A stretch of 64,000 nucleotides of DNA from Anaerolineae bacterium (GTDB lineage: Bacteria; Chloroflexota; Anaerolineae; UBA3071): contig JARYMM010000005.1 in the NCBI GenBank assembly GCA_029907105.1, forward strand, positions 8,563-72,562, given 5' to 3'. Under the pieces are notes generated by a model. The model did not search any database and was not told the origin of the DNA. It saw only the letters and a list, made by a program, of their open reading frames with translations. Position 1 is the first letter of the stretch, and each line of letters starts with the position of its first letter. The translations under genes and the position numbers were made by a program. Shown piece by piece: positions 45,876 to 58,607 of this stretch.

Positions 45876-47132
45876 CTACGATGCAAGGTAGTCCCGCAGC
45901 TTGCGGCTGCGCAGGGGATGGCGCAGTTTGCGCAGGGCTTTGGCCTCGATCTGCCGCACCCGCTCGCGCGTGACCCCAAAGGCCTCGCCCACCTCCTCCA
46001 AAGTGTAGTAGCGGCCATCCCGAAGCCCATAACGCATCTCCAGCACATCGCGCTCCCGCTCGCTCAGCGATTCCAGGATCTCGCGCATGTGCTGCTTGAG
46101 CATCTCGCGGGAAGCAGCGTCCGCCGGCCCGGGCAGCTTCTCGTCCTCGATGAAATCGCCCAGGTAACTGTTATCCTCGCTGCCCACCGGCGCTTCCAGG
46201 GACATCGGCTCCAGGGAGATGCCAGAGATGCGTTGTACCTTGCTCTCCGCCCGCCGCCAGCGCCACTCCAGCGCCGGGTCCAGGGGCTGGTCATAGGTCA
46301 GGGCCTCCGCAATGGCCTGCCGATCCTCCGCCGACAATAGCCCCATCTCCAGAGCGATCTCCTCAGCCGTTGGCTCCCGCCCATACTCCTGGGCAAGCTC
46401 CTGCCTGATCTCCCGCACGCGGGCGATCTGTTCGTGCATGTGTACAGGCACACGGATAGTACGCGCCTGATCGGCAATGGCCCGGCTGACCGACTGGCGT
46501 ATCCAATAGGTGGCGTAGGTGCTGAACTTGAAACCGAGTGAGGGATCGAACTTCTCCACGGCTCGCAGCAGGCCAAGGTTCCCTTCCTGGATCAGATCGA
46601 GGAGAGACATCCCGCCCCGGCCGGCGTAGCGTTTGGCCTCACTGACCACCAGCCGCAGGTTAGCCTGCGTCAATTGCTGTCGGGCACGCTGCCCCGCCTG
46701 CACCTGCTCTTCGAGCATGGCACGCTCGTCTGCGGGGACCTCCCCCTGTCCCAGCCTCTCCTTAGCCGCATTCCCCTGTTGAATGAGCCGGGCCAACTCC
46801 AATTCTTCTTCAGCGCTCAGCAGGCGGTGACGACCGATCTCCCGCAGGTACATACGCACCGGGTCGGCCGCCGCGGTGAAATCGCCCGCGCTCTCCAGAA
46901 CCTCCTCCAGGAGCTGCTGCTCGTCCTCCTCGAAGGTCATATCCGTCTCGTCGGCCTCGATTCTCGACCTCAAAGCTTTCACTGCCCGCGCCTGATCGCC
47001 GTTATCCCGGCGCGCCGACGGCGACTCGGAGACGCCGGAGGACGTTGGAGCATCGTCTGTATTCTGTTCCGACCCGGGAAGAGGCAGGGGCACGGATTGT
47101 TCTCCCTGCTCTTCCTCAGACCTCAACGTCAT
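45876..47132 (-). CDS. rpoD: RNA polymerase sigma-70 (primary sigma factor)
   Basis: Regions 1.2-4.2 all present ([31 protein letters not shown], region 4 [21 protein letters not shown]). Start ATG 47132 with RBS GAGGG. Confidence 0.9.
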   Translation of the reverse strand: MTLRSEEEQGEQSVPLPLPGSEQNTDDAPTSSGVSESPSARRDNGDQARAVKALRSRIEADETDMTFEEDEQQLLEEVLESAGDFTAAADPVRMYLREIGRHRLLSAEEELELARLIQQGNAAKERLGQGEVPADERAMLEEQVQAGQRARQQLTQANLRLVVSEAKRYAGRGGMSLLDLIQEGNLGLLRAVEKFDPSLGFKFSTYATYWIRQSVSRAIADQARTIRVPVHMHEQIARVREIRQELAQEYGREPTAEEIALEMGLLSAEDRQAIAEALTYDQPLDPALEWRWRRAESKVQRISGISLEPMSLEAPVGSEDNSYLGDFIEDEKLPGPADAASREMLKQHMREILESLSERERDVLEMRYGLRDGRYYTLEEVGEAFGVTRERVRQIEAKALRKLRHPLRSRKLRDYLAS

Positions 47133-47237
47133 CTTTACCCTCACCGCTTCCCACAGGTCAACCAGCAGGCCGGCTTGCAGGTTCAAGCCCGCGCTTCGAT
47201 TGGCCTGAGCACAACCCTCCCCTGGCCACGAAAGCGC

Positions 47238-49172
47238 TCACAGAGCCCTCCGTCGTCCGCTCCAGGTACGTTCATTCAAAACCTGCTGCAATCGCCCCAT
47301 CTCGGCGGTGTACTCCTGCACGGTCTTCCCGTACTCCGCCACTGCCTGGCCGTCACCTTCCCCTTGCGCCTCCTCCAACAGGTAACGCAGCTCGGCCAGG
47401 CGGCGGCGCAGCCGGCCCAGGCGCAGGCGCAGGACCACGTTGACCAGATCGTCGGCGGCCTGCGCTTCCGGAAGGGAGGGCAAAGCACTTCCGTAGCTCA
47501 GCAATTGCCGCCACCGCTCCTGTACGGGAGCTTCCAGTCCCTCCTGGAAGGCCTCCGCATCCCAGGCTTGATCGGTCACCTGAGCCTGCAACAAGGCGTC
47601 AAACACCTCCTGATCCACCACCTGGCTGAAGTCGGCGCTGGACAGGGGGCGCACCTGAAGCGCCTGCAAGCGGACATCCAGTTCGGGCAGCAACTCGGGC
47701 CACTGCAGCAACTGAGCCAGGCAATGCGCTTCCGCTTCCAGGCGACGAAAAACGCCCGCCTCACGGGGCACTGCTTCTTCCTCAGCGGGAAGCGGCGGCC
47801 CGGGCCGTTCCTGGCGACGCCTGGGGCGCAGCACCTGGCTCTGCACAATCTGCTCGTCCACCTGCACCTGCCGCGCCAGCTTCTGTATGTAGTGCGCTCG
47901 CTCGATGTCGTCGGCGACCTCGCGGATGAGCGGGGTCAGGCGGTCCACCGCCTCGGCCTTCCCCCAGGCCGTGCTCAGGTCCAGTTCGTCCGTCACCAGG
48001 CGCATGAAGTAGTCCACCACCGGCTGGGCCTCGTCCACCAGTTGCGCCCAGCGTTGGGGATCGGCGCGGATCACCTGGTCCGGGTCCTGGCCCGGCGGCA
48101 GGGTCATGATGCGCAGTTGGGCCTCCAGCCGTTCCTCGAAGCGGATCAGGCCGCCGGCCGTCGGCGTGGGCACCCAGGTGCGGTCCAACGCTTCACGGGC
48201 CTGTTGCACGCCGCGCAGCGTGGCCGCCTGGCCGGCAACGTCGGCATCCAGGGCCAGGATGAAGCGAGAGGTGTCGCGCTTCAGCCGCCGAAGCTGCTGC
48301 TCGGTGAGGGCCGTGCCCATGGTGGCCACCACGTTGGCGAAGCCGTGCTGGTGGGCCGAGAGCACATCCATGTAGCCCTCGACGATGACGGCAGCACCGG
48401 CGGCGCGAATGGCCTGCCGCGCCGCGTGCAGGCCGAAGAGCTCCCGGCTCTTGTCGAACAGAAGGGTCTGGGGCGAGTTAATGTACTTGGGCTGAGCGCG
48501 CTCGTCCGCTTCCCGCCCACCCGGCAAAAGCCGCGCCCCGAAGGCGATGGGCCGGCCGCGCAGGTCGTGGATAGGGATCATCAGCCGGTCGCGAAAACGG
48601 TCATAGTAGGTGCCATCCGAGCGAGGGATGATGAGTCCGGCCGCTTCCAGGTCGGCAGGGGCATAGCCCTGGCCCCGCAGGTGGTGCTGCAGCGCTTCCC
48701 AGGCGTCGGGCGCATAGCCGAGCTGGAACCGTTCGATGGTTTCCGAGGAGATCTGCCGCTGCGCCAGGTAGGCGCGGGCCCGTTCCCCCTCGTTGCCCAG
48801 CAGCAGGCGGTGGTAGTAGGCGGCCGCGGCGGCGGTGATCTCCAGCAGCCGCTGGCGGCGCTGCTCTTCCACCGAGCTGGCCACGGTGGGGCGTTCCAGG
48901 GAGACACCGGCCATGGGCGCCAGCATGCGCAGCGCCTCGCCGAAATCCACGTTCTCCCGCTTCATGATGAAGCTGAAGAGGTCGCCGCCGGTGCCGCAGG
49001 CACCGAAACAGTGCCAGGTGCCGGTATCCGGGAAGACGACGAAGGAGGGCGTTTTTTCGCTGTGGAAAGGGCAGAGTCCCTTGTAGTTCCGTCCCGCCTT
49101 CTTCAGCGGCACGTAACGGGACACCACCTCCACGATATCCAGCCGCTCCTTGATCTCGTCTACAACGCTCAT
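47238..49172 (-). CDS. dnaG: DNA primase
   Basis: Zinc-binding CPFHSEKTPSF...HCFGCG N-terminus, TOPRIM domain (EGYMDV), and a DnaB-interaction C-terminus. Classic dnaG-rpoD order. Confidence 0.9.
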   Translation of the reverse strand: MSVVDEIKERLDIVEVVSRYVPLKKAGRNYKGLCPFHSEKTPSFVVFPDTGTWHCFGACGTGGDLFSFIMKRENVDFGEALRMLAPMAGVSLERPTVASSVEEQRRQRLLEITAAAAAYYHRLLLGNEGERARAYLAQRQISSETIERFQLGYAPDAWEALQHHLRGQGYAPADLEAAGLIIPRSDGTYYDRFRDRLMIPIHDLRGRPIAFGARLLPGGREADERAQPKYINSPQTLLFDKSRELFGLHAARQAIRAAGAAVIVEGYMDVLSAHQHGFANVVATMGTALTEQQLRRLKRDTSRFILALDADVAGQAATLRGVQQAREALDRTWVPTPTAGGLIRFEERLEAQLRIMTLPPGQDPDQVIRADPQRWAQLVDEAQPVVDYFMRLVTDELDLSTAWGKAEAVDRLTPLIREVADDIERAHYIQKLARQVQVDEQIVQSQVLRPRRRQERPGPPLPAEEEAVPREAGVFRRLEAEAHCLAQLLQWPELLPELDVRLQALQVRPLSSADFSQVVDQEVFDALLQAQVTDQAWDAEAFQEGLEAPVQERWRQLLSYGSALPSLPEAQAADDLVNVVLRLRLGRLRRRLAELRYLLEEAQGEGDGQAVAEYGKTVQEYTAEMGRLQQVLNERTWSGRRRAL

Positions 49173-49354
49173 GGCTACGCCTTATGGAAACAAGCAGACA
49201 AGGAACCCGAAGCCTGTCACCTTCGGATCCGCCAATGTACAAGCAAAGACATTATACTGGAGTCCGCTCTGGGTGTCAAAACCTTGTGCCTCGAAACCTG
49301 GAGCTATAGGCCAGGGGGAGCACAGGTTGGAATCCAGCCCACCATGGCCACCGC

Positions 49355-52300
49355 TCAGCGCTTCCCCTCCGGCGGGGCAGCGTAGACCACACCCCGCTGC
49401 GGGTCCACAGCCAGGCCAAAGGGATTGGCCGGCCCTTCAGCGGGCCGCCTCTCCAGCCACTTCGCCGTGAGCGTGGAGAAGACCTGCAAGCCGGCCGCGT
49501 CGCTGACGTAGAGCCGCTGCCGCGCCGGGTCTACGGCCAACGCATGGGCGCCATCCAATGGGTGCTCCAGGTCGGCGGCGATGAGACCCACCTGCTCACC
49601 GCTGCGGCCGTCGAGGATGGCCACGTTGCGGTAACGCGGGGCCAGCAGATAGAGGACGTAGACGCGGCCTGTGGCGGTGTCCACGGCGACGTCCTGTGGG
49701 AAGCCCAGGCCGCCCAGCGCGGTGCGGGCGATGACCTCGTCCCGCGTGGTGTCCACGACGGCCAGTTCGTCGCTGCCGGCCAGGGCCACGTAGACGCGCT
49801 GGCCGTCGGCGCTGGCGGCCAGAGCGTATGGCGCCGGCCCCAGCTTGATCTCCCCGCGCCGCTCGGCGGTCTTGCCGTCCAGGATGACCAGGCGATCGGC
49901 GCCGGTCTCGGCGACGAAGAGCCGTTCATTGGCCAGGGCCAGGCCGCTGGGCCGGTACAGGCCGCGGGCCTCGGCCAGGTACTCGCCGCTGCGGGCGTCG
50001 AGCACGGCCACGCTGCCCGGCTGCCAACTGGCCACGTACAACCGCCCGGCAGCAGTGTCCAGGGCCATTCCCCGCGGCTCTTGCCCGATGGCCGCCCGCG
50101 CCAGCACCGCACCGCTGGCGGGATCGCTGATGGTCAGCAGGCCATCGCCGGCGGCGTAGAGCCAGCCGGTGTGCGGATGGACGAGCAGGCTATGGGCTGA
50201 GCCGATAGCCCCGGCGAGGGAAAGCGCCGCCCGCCCGGCAGGGCGGCTGGCTGTCACCGCGGCCAAACCGCGGCCGATCAGTGGCAGATACATGTGGTAA
50301 GGCAGGGCGCGCACGCTGAGGAAGTAGTGATGACCCTTGCAACTGCCAGCGACGGCGCCGGCGGAGCGCACCTGCACGTAGGCGATGTGATCGCCAGGGG
50401 CATGCCAGAGGAGGCAGGAGCGGGGCTGGCCCTGACAGTCGTCGTTTTCCGCAAGCTGGGTCTGCCCGTCGGGGCCGAACAGCGTCAGCAGGGTATCCGC
50501 CTGGGGGCCCAGCATGAGCGTCTCGATCAGGTAGGAAACGCCCGCCTGGGCAGAGAAGACCACCCAGTCCTCGTCCAGCGTGTGATGGAAGTGATGATGC
50601 TGCAAACTGCCATCGGTGGAGATCGGCGAAGCCTGGGCCGGGCCGTCGTCGGGCTCCCACTCGTCGGGCGTACAGGTGGGCAGCGGCGTGGGCGAGGGGG
50701 TGGGAGTGGCCGTTGGCGTCGCTGTCGGCGTCGCCGTGGGCGTGGGCGTGTGCGTCGCCGTTGGCGTGATCGTAGGCGTGGGGGTGTACGTGGGCGTGGC
50801 CGTGGCCGTCGGCGTTCGCGTCGGCGTGGGCGTGATGGTCGGCGTAGGCGTGATCGTGGGCGTGGGCGTCTTCGTCGGCGTGGGCGTGATCGTCGGTGTG
50901 TGCGTGCCCGTCGGCGTGGAAGTGGCCGTCGGCGTCGCCGTGACCGTGGGCAGGGGCGTTGGCGTGCTCACCGGGCCGCTGTCCTGGATGATGGTGATGG
51001 TGTCGTCGTCGCTGTTGGCCACGTAGATGCGGTTGGTGGCCGGGTTGACGGCGATGCCCTCCCCCGCGCCGCGGCCTACAGGCAGCCAGGCCAGCCACAG
51101 GTGCGTGTGGCCATCGAAAATATGCAGTTGCTGCGTCTCGGCGCATACCGGGAAGAAGTGCCCTGTGTTGGGATTGGCGGCCACGATGTAGGGGGTACAG
51201 TTCAGCGGGATCTCGTTGACCACCGTGTCGGTGGTGGTGTCAATCACCGTCACGCTGCGGCCGTCGCGGTTGGCGGTGTACAGCCGTCCACGCGCCGGGT
51301 CGAGAGCGATGCCGTAAGGGCCGCCGCCTACAGGGATGCTCTTCAGCAGCATACCGCTGGCCCCATCGTAAACGCCCACCGTGTGCACCTGGTGGTTGGT
51401 GACGTAAACCTTGTTGCTGAGCGGATGGCGGACAACCATGGAAGGCTCGCCGCCGGCAGGCACGGCAATGAGCTCCATGTTGCCCGGCCCATCCACCAGC
51501 GACAGGGTGTTGGAGCCGAAGTTGGCCACGTAGACCATGCCGCTGGCCGGGTTGACCTCCACGCCGTCCGGCTGATAGCCCACGGGGATGCTCACGGGCA
51601 GGCCGCCGCCGGCGGGCACGGCCACCACGTCGTCGGTGAACTTGTTGGCCACGTATAACCGCCGCCGCACGGGGTCGAAAGCGATGCCATTGGCCCCATA
51701 GGAACCGCCCAGGTGCAGGGTGCCCGTGATCGTGTCTGTGGAGCCATCAATCACAGAAACGTTGCCGCCCCAGTGGTTGGCGACGTAGATCAGATTGCGG
51801 TGAGCGTCCACGGCCAGGCCATGTGGACGTAGCCCGGCCAGGATCGTCTTCACCGGCACGGCCACCGGCGTGGCCGTGGCTGTGGCCGTCGCCGTTGGAC
51901 TGGGCGTGGCCGTCGGCGTGCGGGTGGGCGTCCGCGTCGGCGTGAAGGTGGGCGTGGGCGTTGCCGTCGGAGTCCTCGTCGGCGTCGCCGTGGACGTGGG
52001 GCTGGCTGTAGGTGTGCTCGTCGGTGTCGGCGTGACCGTTGGCGTGTTCGTGGGCGTGGGCGTGTTTGTCGGCGTCGGCGTGATGGTGGGCGTGGGCGTC
52101 ACCGTGGGCGTCGGCGTGACCGTCGGCGTGTCTGTGGGCGTGGGCGTGTTCGTCGGCGTCGGCGTGATGGTCGGCGTGGGCGTGTGGGTAGGCGTATGGG
52201 TCGGCGTAACCGTCGGTGTGGCCGTCGGCGTGGGTGTGGCTGTGGGCGTATCGGTTGGTGTGGGCGTGTGGGTGGGCGTATGGGTCGGCGTAGCCGTCGG

Positions 52301-53845
52301 TGTGGCCGTCGGTGTGGGCGTTCTTGTGGGCGTGGCCGTGCTCGTGGGCGTGGGCGTGCTCGTGGGCGTGGGCACGATGACAGAGACAGGGGCCACGCCG
52401 TAGCGCGGGGTGATGGTGGTGTTGCTGGCTGTGGCAGCGACGTTATTGTAATAGGTGCCGCCGGCGCTGGCCGCCGTGGCCCGGAAAATGATCACCAGAT
52501 TGCCGTAGGCGTAGGGAGAGCTCTTGTCCAGCGACTGCACGGCCCCGTACTGCTCGTGTGGGTCGCCGCCGGCGGTGAGCCAATCCCACTGGATCCAGTT
52601 GCCCTGCGGGTCGGACAGTTCATAAGGGCAAATGCCCACCACCTCCGGCCAGGCGATCCAGTAGTCGCGGAAAGCCCGCTTGATGTAGTCGGCACGGTTG
52701 CCTTCGTTGATCGTGGGGTAGCCTTCCCAGTTGAAGGTGCCGTTCCAGAGATCATAGCCTGTCTCCGTGAGCAATACCCTGACGTAGGGACGTCCCAGGT
52801 CGGCCAGGCGCTGCACCTCCCGGCGGTAGCTGTCAATGGTCAGTTGCGGGTAAGTGGCCGTGCCGCGGTGGATGTTGTACTCTGGGGGATGATTGCTGGG
52901 ATAAGGATGGGCCGACCAGAGGTCCCAGGCCCACAGCGAGTTAGGCACGTTGCTGACCATCTGATTGATGAAGGTCAGCGGCTCGATATTGCCGCCGGGC
53001 GAAAGGCCGCCGTTGAGCAGGACGATGCGGTTGTCGCCCAGGGCGCGGATGGCTGCCGCCGTCTGTTCCAGGAAATGGCCATACTCCACCGCATTGGCGG
53101 CATTGCCCCACTCGATGTTCAGGTTCGGCTCGTTCCAGATTTCGATGTACAGTTGGTGGCCGTCGCGGCGCGGCAGACCGGCCACCACCCGCTGAAAAGC
53201 GCTGGCAATGGAACTGTAATTGCCCGGCCCGTCGGCGTACGGCTTGTGCCAGAAGGAGCCGCCATGCTCGCCCTGCAAACGGATCACCGGCTTGAGCCCG
53301 CGGTCGTAGGCAGCATTGATGAAGTCCACCCAGCAGGGCTGCGGCCCGTGCGTCTGGGGGGTGATGCCGTAGAAGAGCTGCTTGACCCAGGCCCCGGAGC
53401 CCATCAGCTCGCGCACGCGATCCAGTTGCCAACTGAAGTACCAGGTCTCACAGCGCTCCTGGACGAAGGTGTGCATGCCGTAGAAGCTGTCGCCGCGCCG
53501 GGCGGGGACGGAGAGGTTGCTCCAGGTGAGGTCGCGGCCGCTGATGCTGGGATTGGCGCTGCTGATGAGGATGCCGTTGGCGTAGATGCGGCTGGAGCCG
53601 GACTGGCAGCTGAAGCCGCCGGGCAGGGTGTCCACCACGGCCACACCCTGGGCGGCCACGTCGCCGGAGTTGGTCAGGGTGATGGTGTAGGTGACGGTGC
53701 CGCCGGGCCCGGTCGAGCTGGGGTAGACCGATTTGCTGAGGGTGACCACTGGCCAGGGCACGGCCGGCGCGGCGGCAGCGCTTTGTCCCCCCACCAGCAG
53801 CGACAGACAGAGCAGCGGCCAGAGCCAGCGGGTTCTTGTGGCCAT
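49355..53845 (-). CDS. giant secreted multidomain protein: DUF11-like repeat domain, clan GH-A-like glycoside hydrolase module, YVTN beta-propellers, Thr/Pro linkers, PPC (pre-peptidase C-terminal) domain, NHL/YVTN-like propeller
   Basis: Signal peptide. [26 protein letters not shown] (DUF11-like). IEIWNEPN and VLLTETGYD resemble clan GH-A acid/base and nucleophile contexts. [16 protein letters not shown]...DEDWVVF...NDDC PPC-like. Repeated YVANxxxxxVxV blades. Confidence 0.7.
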   Translation of the reverse strand: MATRTRWLWPLLCLSLLVGGQSAAAAPAVPWPVVTLSKSVYPSSTGPGGTVTYTITLTNSGDVAAQGVAVVDTLPGGFSCQSGSSRIYANGILISSANPSISGRDLTWSNLSVPARRGDSFYGMHTFVQERCETWYFSWQLDRVRELMGSGAWVKQLFYGITPQTHGPQPCWVDFINAAYDRGLKPVIRLQGEHGGSFWHKPYADGPGNYSSIASAFQRVVAGLPRRDGHQLYIEIWNEPNLNIEWGNAANAVEYGHFLEQTAAAIRALGDNRIVLLNGGLSPGGNIEPLTFINQMVSNVPNSLWAWDLWSAHPYPSNHPPEYNIHRGTATYPQLTIDSYRREVQRLADLGRPYVRVLLTETGYDLWNGTFNWEGYPTINEGNRADYIKRAFRDYWIAWPEVVGICPYELSDPQGNWIQWDWLTAGGDPHEQYGAVQSLDKSSPYAYGNLVIIFRATAASAGGTYYNNVAATASNTTITPRYGVAPVSVIVPTPTSTPTPTSTATPTRTPTPTATPTATPTHTPTHTPTPTDTPTATPTPTATPTVTPTHTPTHTPTPTITPTPTNTPTPTDTPTVTPTPTVTPTPTITPTPTNTPTPTNTPTVTPTPTSTPTASPTSTATPTRTPTATPTPTFTPTRTPTRTPTATPSPTATATATATPVAVPVKTILAGLRPHGLAVDAHRNLIYVANHWGGNVSVIDGSTDTITGTLHLGGSYGANGIAFDPVRRRLYVANKFTDDVVAVPAGGGLPVSIPVGYQPDGVEVNPASGMVYVANFGSNTLSLVDGPGNMELIAVPAGGEPSMVVRHPLSNKVYVTNHQVHTVGVYDGASGMLLKSIPVGGGPYGIALDPARGRLYTANRDGRSVTVIDTTTDTVVNEIPLNCTPYIVAANPNTGHFFPVCAETQQLHIFDGHTHLWLAWLPVGRGAGEGIAVNPATNRIYVANSDDDTITIIQDSGPVSTPTPLPTVTATPTATSTPTGTHTPTITPTPTKTPTPTITPTPTITPTPTRTPTATATPTYTPTPTITPTATHTPTPTATPTATPTATPTPSPTPLPTCTPDEWEPDDGPAQASPISTDGSLQHHHFHHTLDEDWVVFSAQAGVSYLIETLMLGPQADTLLTLFGPDGQTQLAENDDCQGQPRSCLLWHAPGDHIAYVQVRSAGAVAGSCKGHHYFLSVRALPYHMYLPLIGRGLAAVTASRPAGRAALSLAGAIGSAHSLLVHPHTGWLYAAGDGLLTISDPASGAVLARAAIGQEPRGMALDTAAGRLYVASWQPGSVAVLDARSGEYLAEARGLYRPSGLALANERLFVAETGADRLVILDGKTAERRGEIKLGPAPYALAASADGQRVYVALAGSDELAVVDTTRDEVIARTALGGLGFPQDVAVDTATGRVYVLYLLAPRYRNVAILDGRSGEQVGLIAADLEHPLDGAHALAVDPARQRLYVSDAAGLQVFSTLTAKWLERRPAEGPANPFGLAVDPQRGVVYAAPPEGKR

Positions 53846-53953
53846 TCCTTCCCCTCCGTTTTCTGTTCCAGCGGCCTATAGCACCGGTGGCGGCGCTGTT
53901 CGGCGCCGCCACCGGTTCAGGAAGTTCTATTCGACACGACGCCTGTCATTTGT

Positions 53954-56746
<2,793 letters not shown>

Positions 56747-56802
56747 TGCTATTAATCCTCCTTAAGCTGTCGGTACATTGGTAGACCGGGAAATTGGTAC
56801 AT

Positions 56803-56893
56803 TCAGTAGATCACAGTTTGCTCCCGCCGGACTGTCAAGTCCAGCGGGAAAGCGGCGGACCTGGCAGTCCGCCGTGAGCCTTTGTGATCTACT
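56803..56893. mobile_element. family-C MITE-like palindromic element (91 bp)
   Basis: Ends CAGTAGATCACAG / CTTTGTGATCTACTG. Flanked by 5-bp direct repeat ACATT. About 57 nt upstream of the ppdK start. Embedded in GGTAnAtTGG-type short repeats. Confidence 0.55.
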
Positions 56894-57020
56894 GACATTG
56901 GTAAACTGGTGTCATTCTGCTGACCAATTGACCAATCCACCCGCCTACCAACATGGCCTTCCCAGAACCAAAATATGATTATACCAGGCTTGTGCCCTTT
57001 GTCAAAACCCGGCCACCGCT

Positions 57021-57086
57021 TCATAGATTACAGTCTGCTCTCGCCAGACTGCCGAGTCCGGCAGGAGCAGTTGTGATCTGCTGAAC
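57021..57086. repeat. degenerate family-C-like element
   Basis: TAGATTACAGTCTGCTCTCGCCAGACTG...CAGTTGTGATCTGCTG resembles the 56803 element with mutated termini. No clear target-site duplication. Confidence 0.35.
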
Positions 57087-57599
57087 TCAGCGCCCCTGCT
57101 CGCCCGCGGCCTGCGCCAGATACTCCGCCACCACCCGGCGGTGCTCCCACAACTGCCGCACACCCCAGTCCTGCATGAAGATGGCCTCCGAGCGCAGGAC
57201 CGGTTTGGGATGCGTTTCCAGAATGGCCGTCCCCTCGGCCAGCCACTGGTACCCTTCTTTTAACAAAGCGTGGGCTTCGGCCATGTCCGCAGGGGGCTCG
57301 ATCAGCTCCAGTTCCTTGACCAGGTCCTGCAGCACGCTTGCCGGCTGCTGGCGGGCATAGAGGATGGCATAATCTGTGGTCACCGGCCGCACCATCAGCA
57401 GGTAGACACGCACTTCCAGGTTGACGCGGCTCAACGGGTCTGTTTCCGCAGGCGTAGGGGTGGGACTGGGCAGCGGCGTGGGGGTGGGCGTCGGCTGCCG
57501 TATGCAACCCGTGAGCAAGGCGCCGACCAGAAGCGCCAGGATGGGCACCAGACAGGATGGAGCGAAAGCCCCACGCCGCCTACCCCTCTTGCGGTTCAT
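57087..57599 (-). CDS. lipoprotein with Pro/Thr-rich linker
   Basis: MNRKRGRRRGAFAPSCLVPILALLVGALLTGC lipobox, then PTPTPTPLPSPTPTP, then a ~110-aa helical domain. Start at ATG 57599. Confidence 0.5.
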   Translation of the reverse strand: MNRKRGRRRGAFAPSCLVPILALLVGALLTGCIRQPTPTPTPLPSPTPTPAETDPLSRVNLEVRVYLLMVRPVTTDYAILYARQQPASVLQDLVKELELIEPPADMAEAHALLKEGYQWLAEGTAILETHPKPVLRSEAIFMQDWGVRQLWEHRRVVAEYLAQAAGEQGR

Positions 57600-57725
57600 C
57601 CCACAGCCGCCGTATCTCGAAGACCATCGGATTGAAAGTGCCAGGACAGACATGTGTGGCCACGTCTTTATCCCGTAGCCAGGGGAATTGCGCGCTGTAA
57701 CGCATGGCGAACACCTTTGACCAAT

Positions 57726-58529
57726 CTACCAACTGCCAACACCGTACACATCCGGTCGGCGATCTCGAAACACCGGGATATGCTCCCGCGCCTCGGCCAC
57801 CTGGCCCATCTCAATCTCCGCCGTGAGCAGTAGTTCCGTCTCGCCGCCCTCGACGATGACGTTGCCCCAGGGGTCCACTACCGCCGAGCGGCCGCCGAAG
57901 GGTGTGTCGCCGCTCTTGCCCACGCGGTTGCAGGCCAGCAGGAAGCACTGGTTCTCCGCCGCCCGCGCCCGCACCAGCGCGCGGAAAGCCTCGGCGCGGC
58001 GACGCGGCCACTGCGCCGGCAGCATGATCAGCACGGCCCCCTCCAGCGCATAGCGGCGGAACAGCTCCGGAAAGCGCAGGTCGTAACAGATGGCCAGCGC
58101 GCTGCGGCCCCAGGGCAGGTCGAAGACCGGCGCCGCATCCCCCGCCGCCAGGTAACGGTCCTCGTCCATCAAGCCGAAGAGGTGGACCTTGCGATACACG
58201 GCGGCCAGCTCCCCCTCAGGCGAGAACAGCGTGGCCGTGTTGAAGATTTCACCTTCTCGCGCCTCCAGCAGCGAGCTGGCAATCCACAGGCCATGGGCCC
58301 GCGCCTGCTGCGCCAGCCAGGCGAACGGCCCCGTCCCCAACGGGGCGACATAGCGAGCGGCATTGGCCAGGTCGTAGCCGCTGCGCCACAGCTCCGGCAG
58401 CAACAGTAAGTGCGAGCCCCGCCGCGCTGCCTCGGCGATGAAGGCGGCTGCCCGCGCTTCGTTAGCCTCCGGCTCCCCCAGGCGACAATCCATCTGCGCC
58501 AGGGACACGGTCAGTGGATGTAAACTCAT
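57726..58529 (-). CDS. carbon-nitrogen hydrolase family protein (nitrilase/omega-amidase-like)
   Basis: Glu-Lys-Cys triad contexts (LLLLPELW..., RKVHLF, ALAICYDLRFPELF). 267 aa. Confidence 0.75.
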   Translation of the reverse strand: MSLHPLTVSLAQMDCRLGEPEANEARAAAFIAEAARRGSHLLLLPELWRSGYDLANAARYVAPLGTGPFAWLAQQARAHGLWIASSLLEAREGEIFNTATLFSPEGELAAVYRKVHLFGLMDEDRYLAAGDAAPVFDLPWGRSALAICYDLRFPELFRRYALEGAVLIMLPAQWPRRRAEAFRALVRARAAENQCFLLACNRVGKSGDTPFGGRSAVVDPWGNVIVEGGETELLLTAEIEMGQVAEAREHIPVFRDRRPDVYGVGSW

Positions 58530-58607
58530 GCGCTCTATCCGGGGTTACACGTTGATATACGTTTATCGTTCATCGCATATCGCAAGCGATAAGCGATGGG
58601 CTTCCGG

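Noticed and set aside
51870-52403. Val/Gly-repeat ORFs (VGVGVAV...) at 10213-10509, 17161-17370, 41395-41721, 50616-51026, 51870-52403, 59389-60009, 60961-61416, 61525-61776
   Set aside because: They are the antisense translation of Thr/Pro (ACGCCGACGCCC) linker DNA inside the giant genes, not elastin-like proteins.
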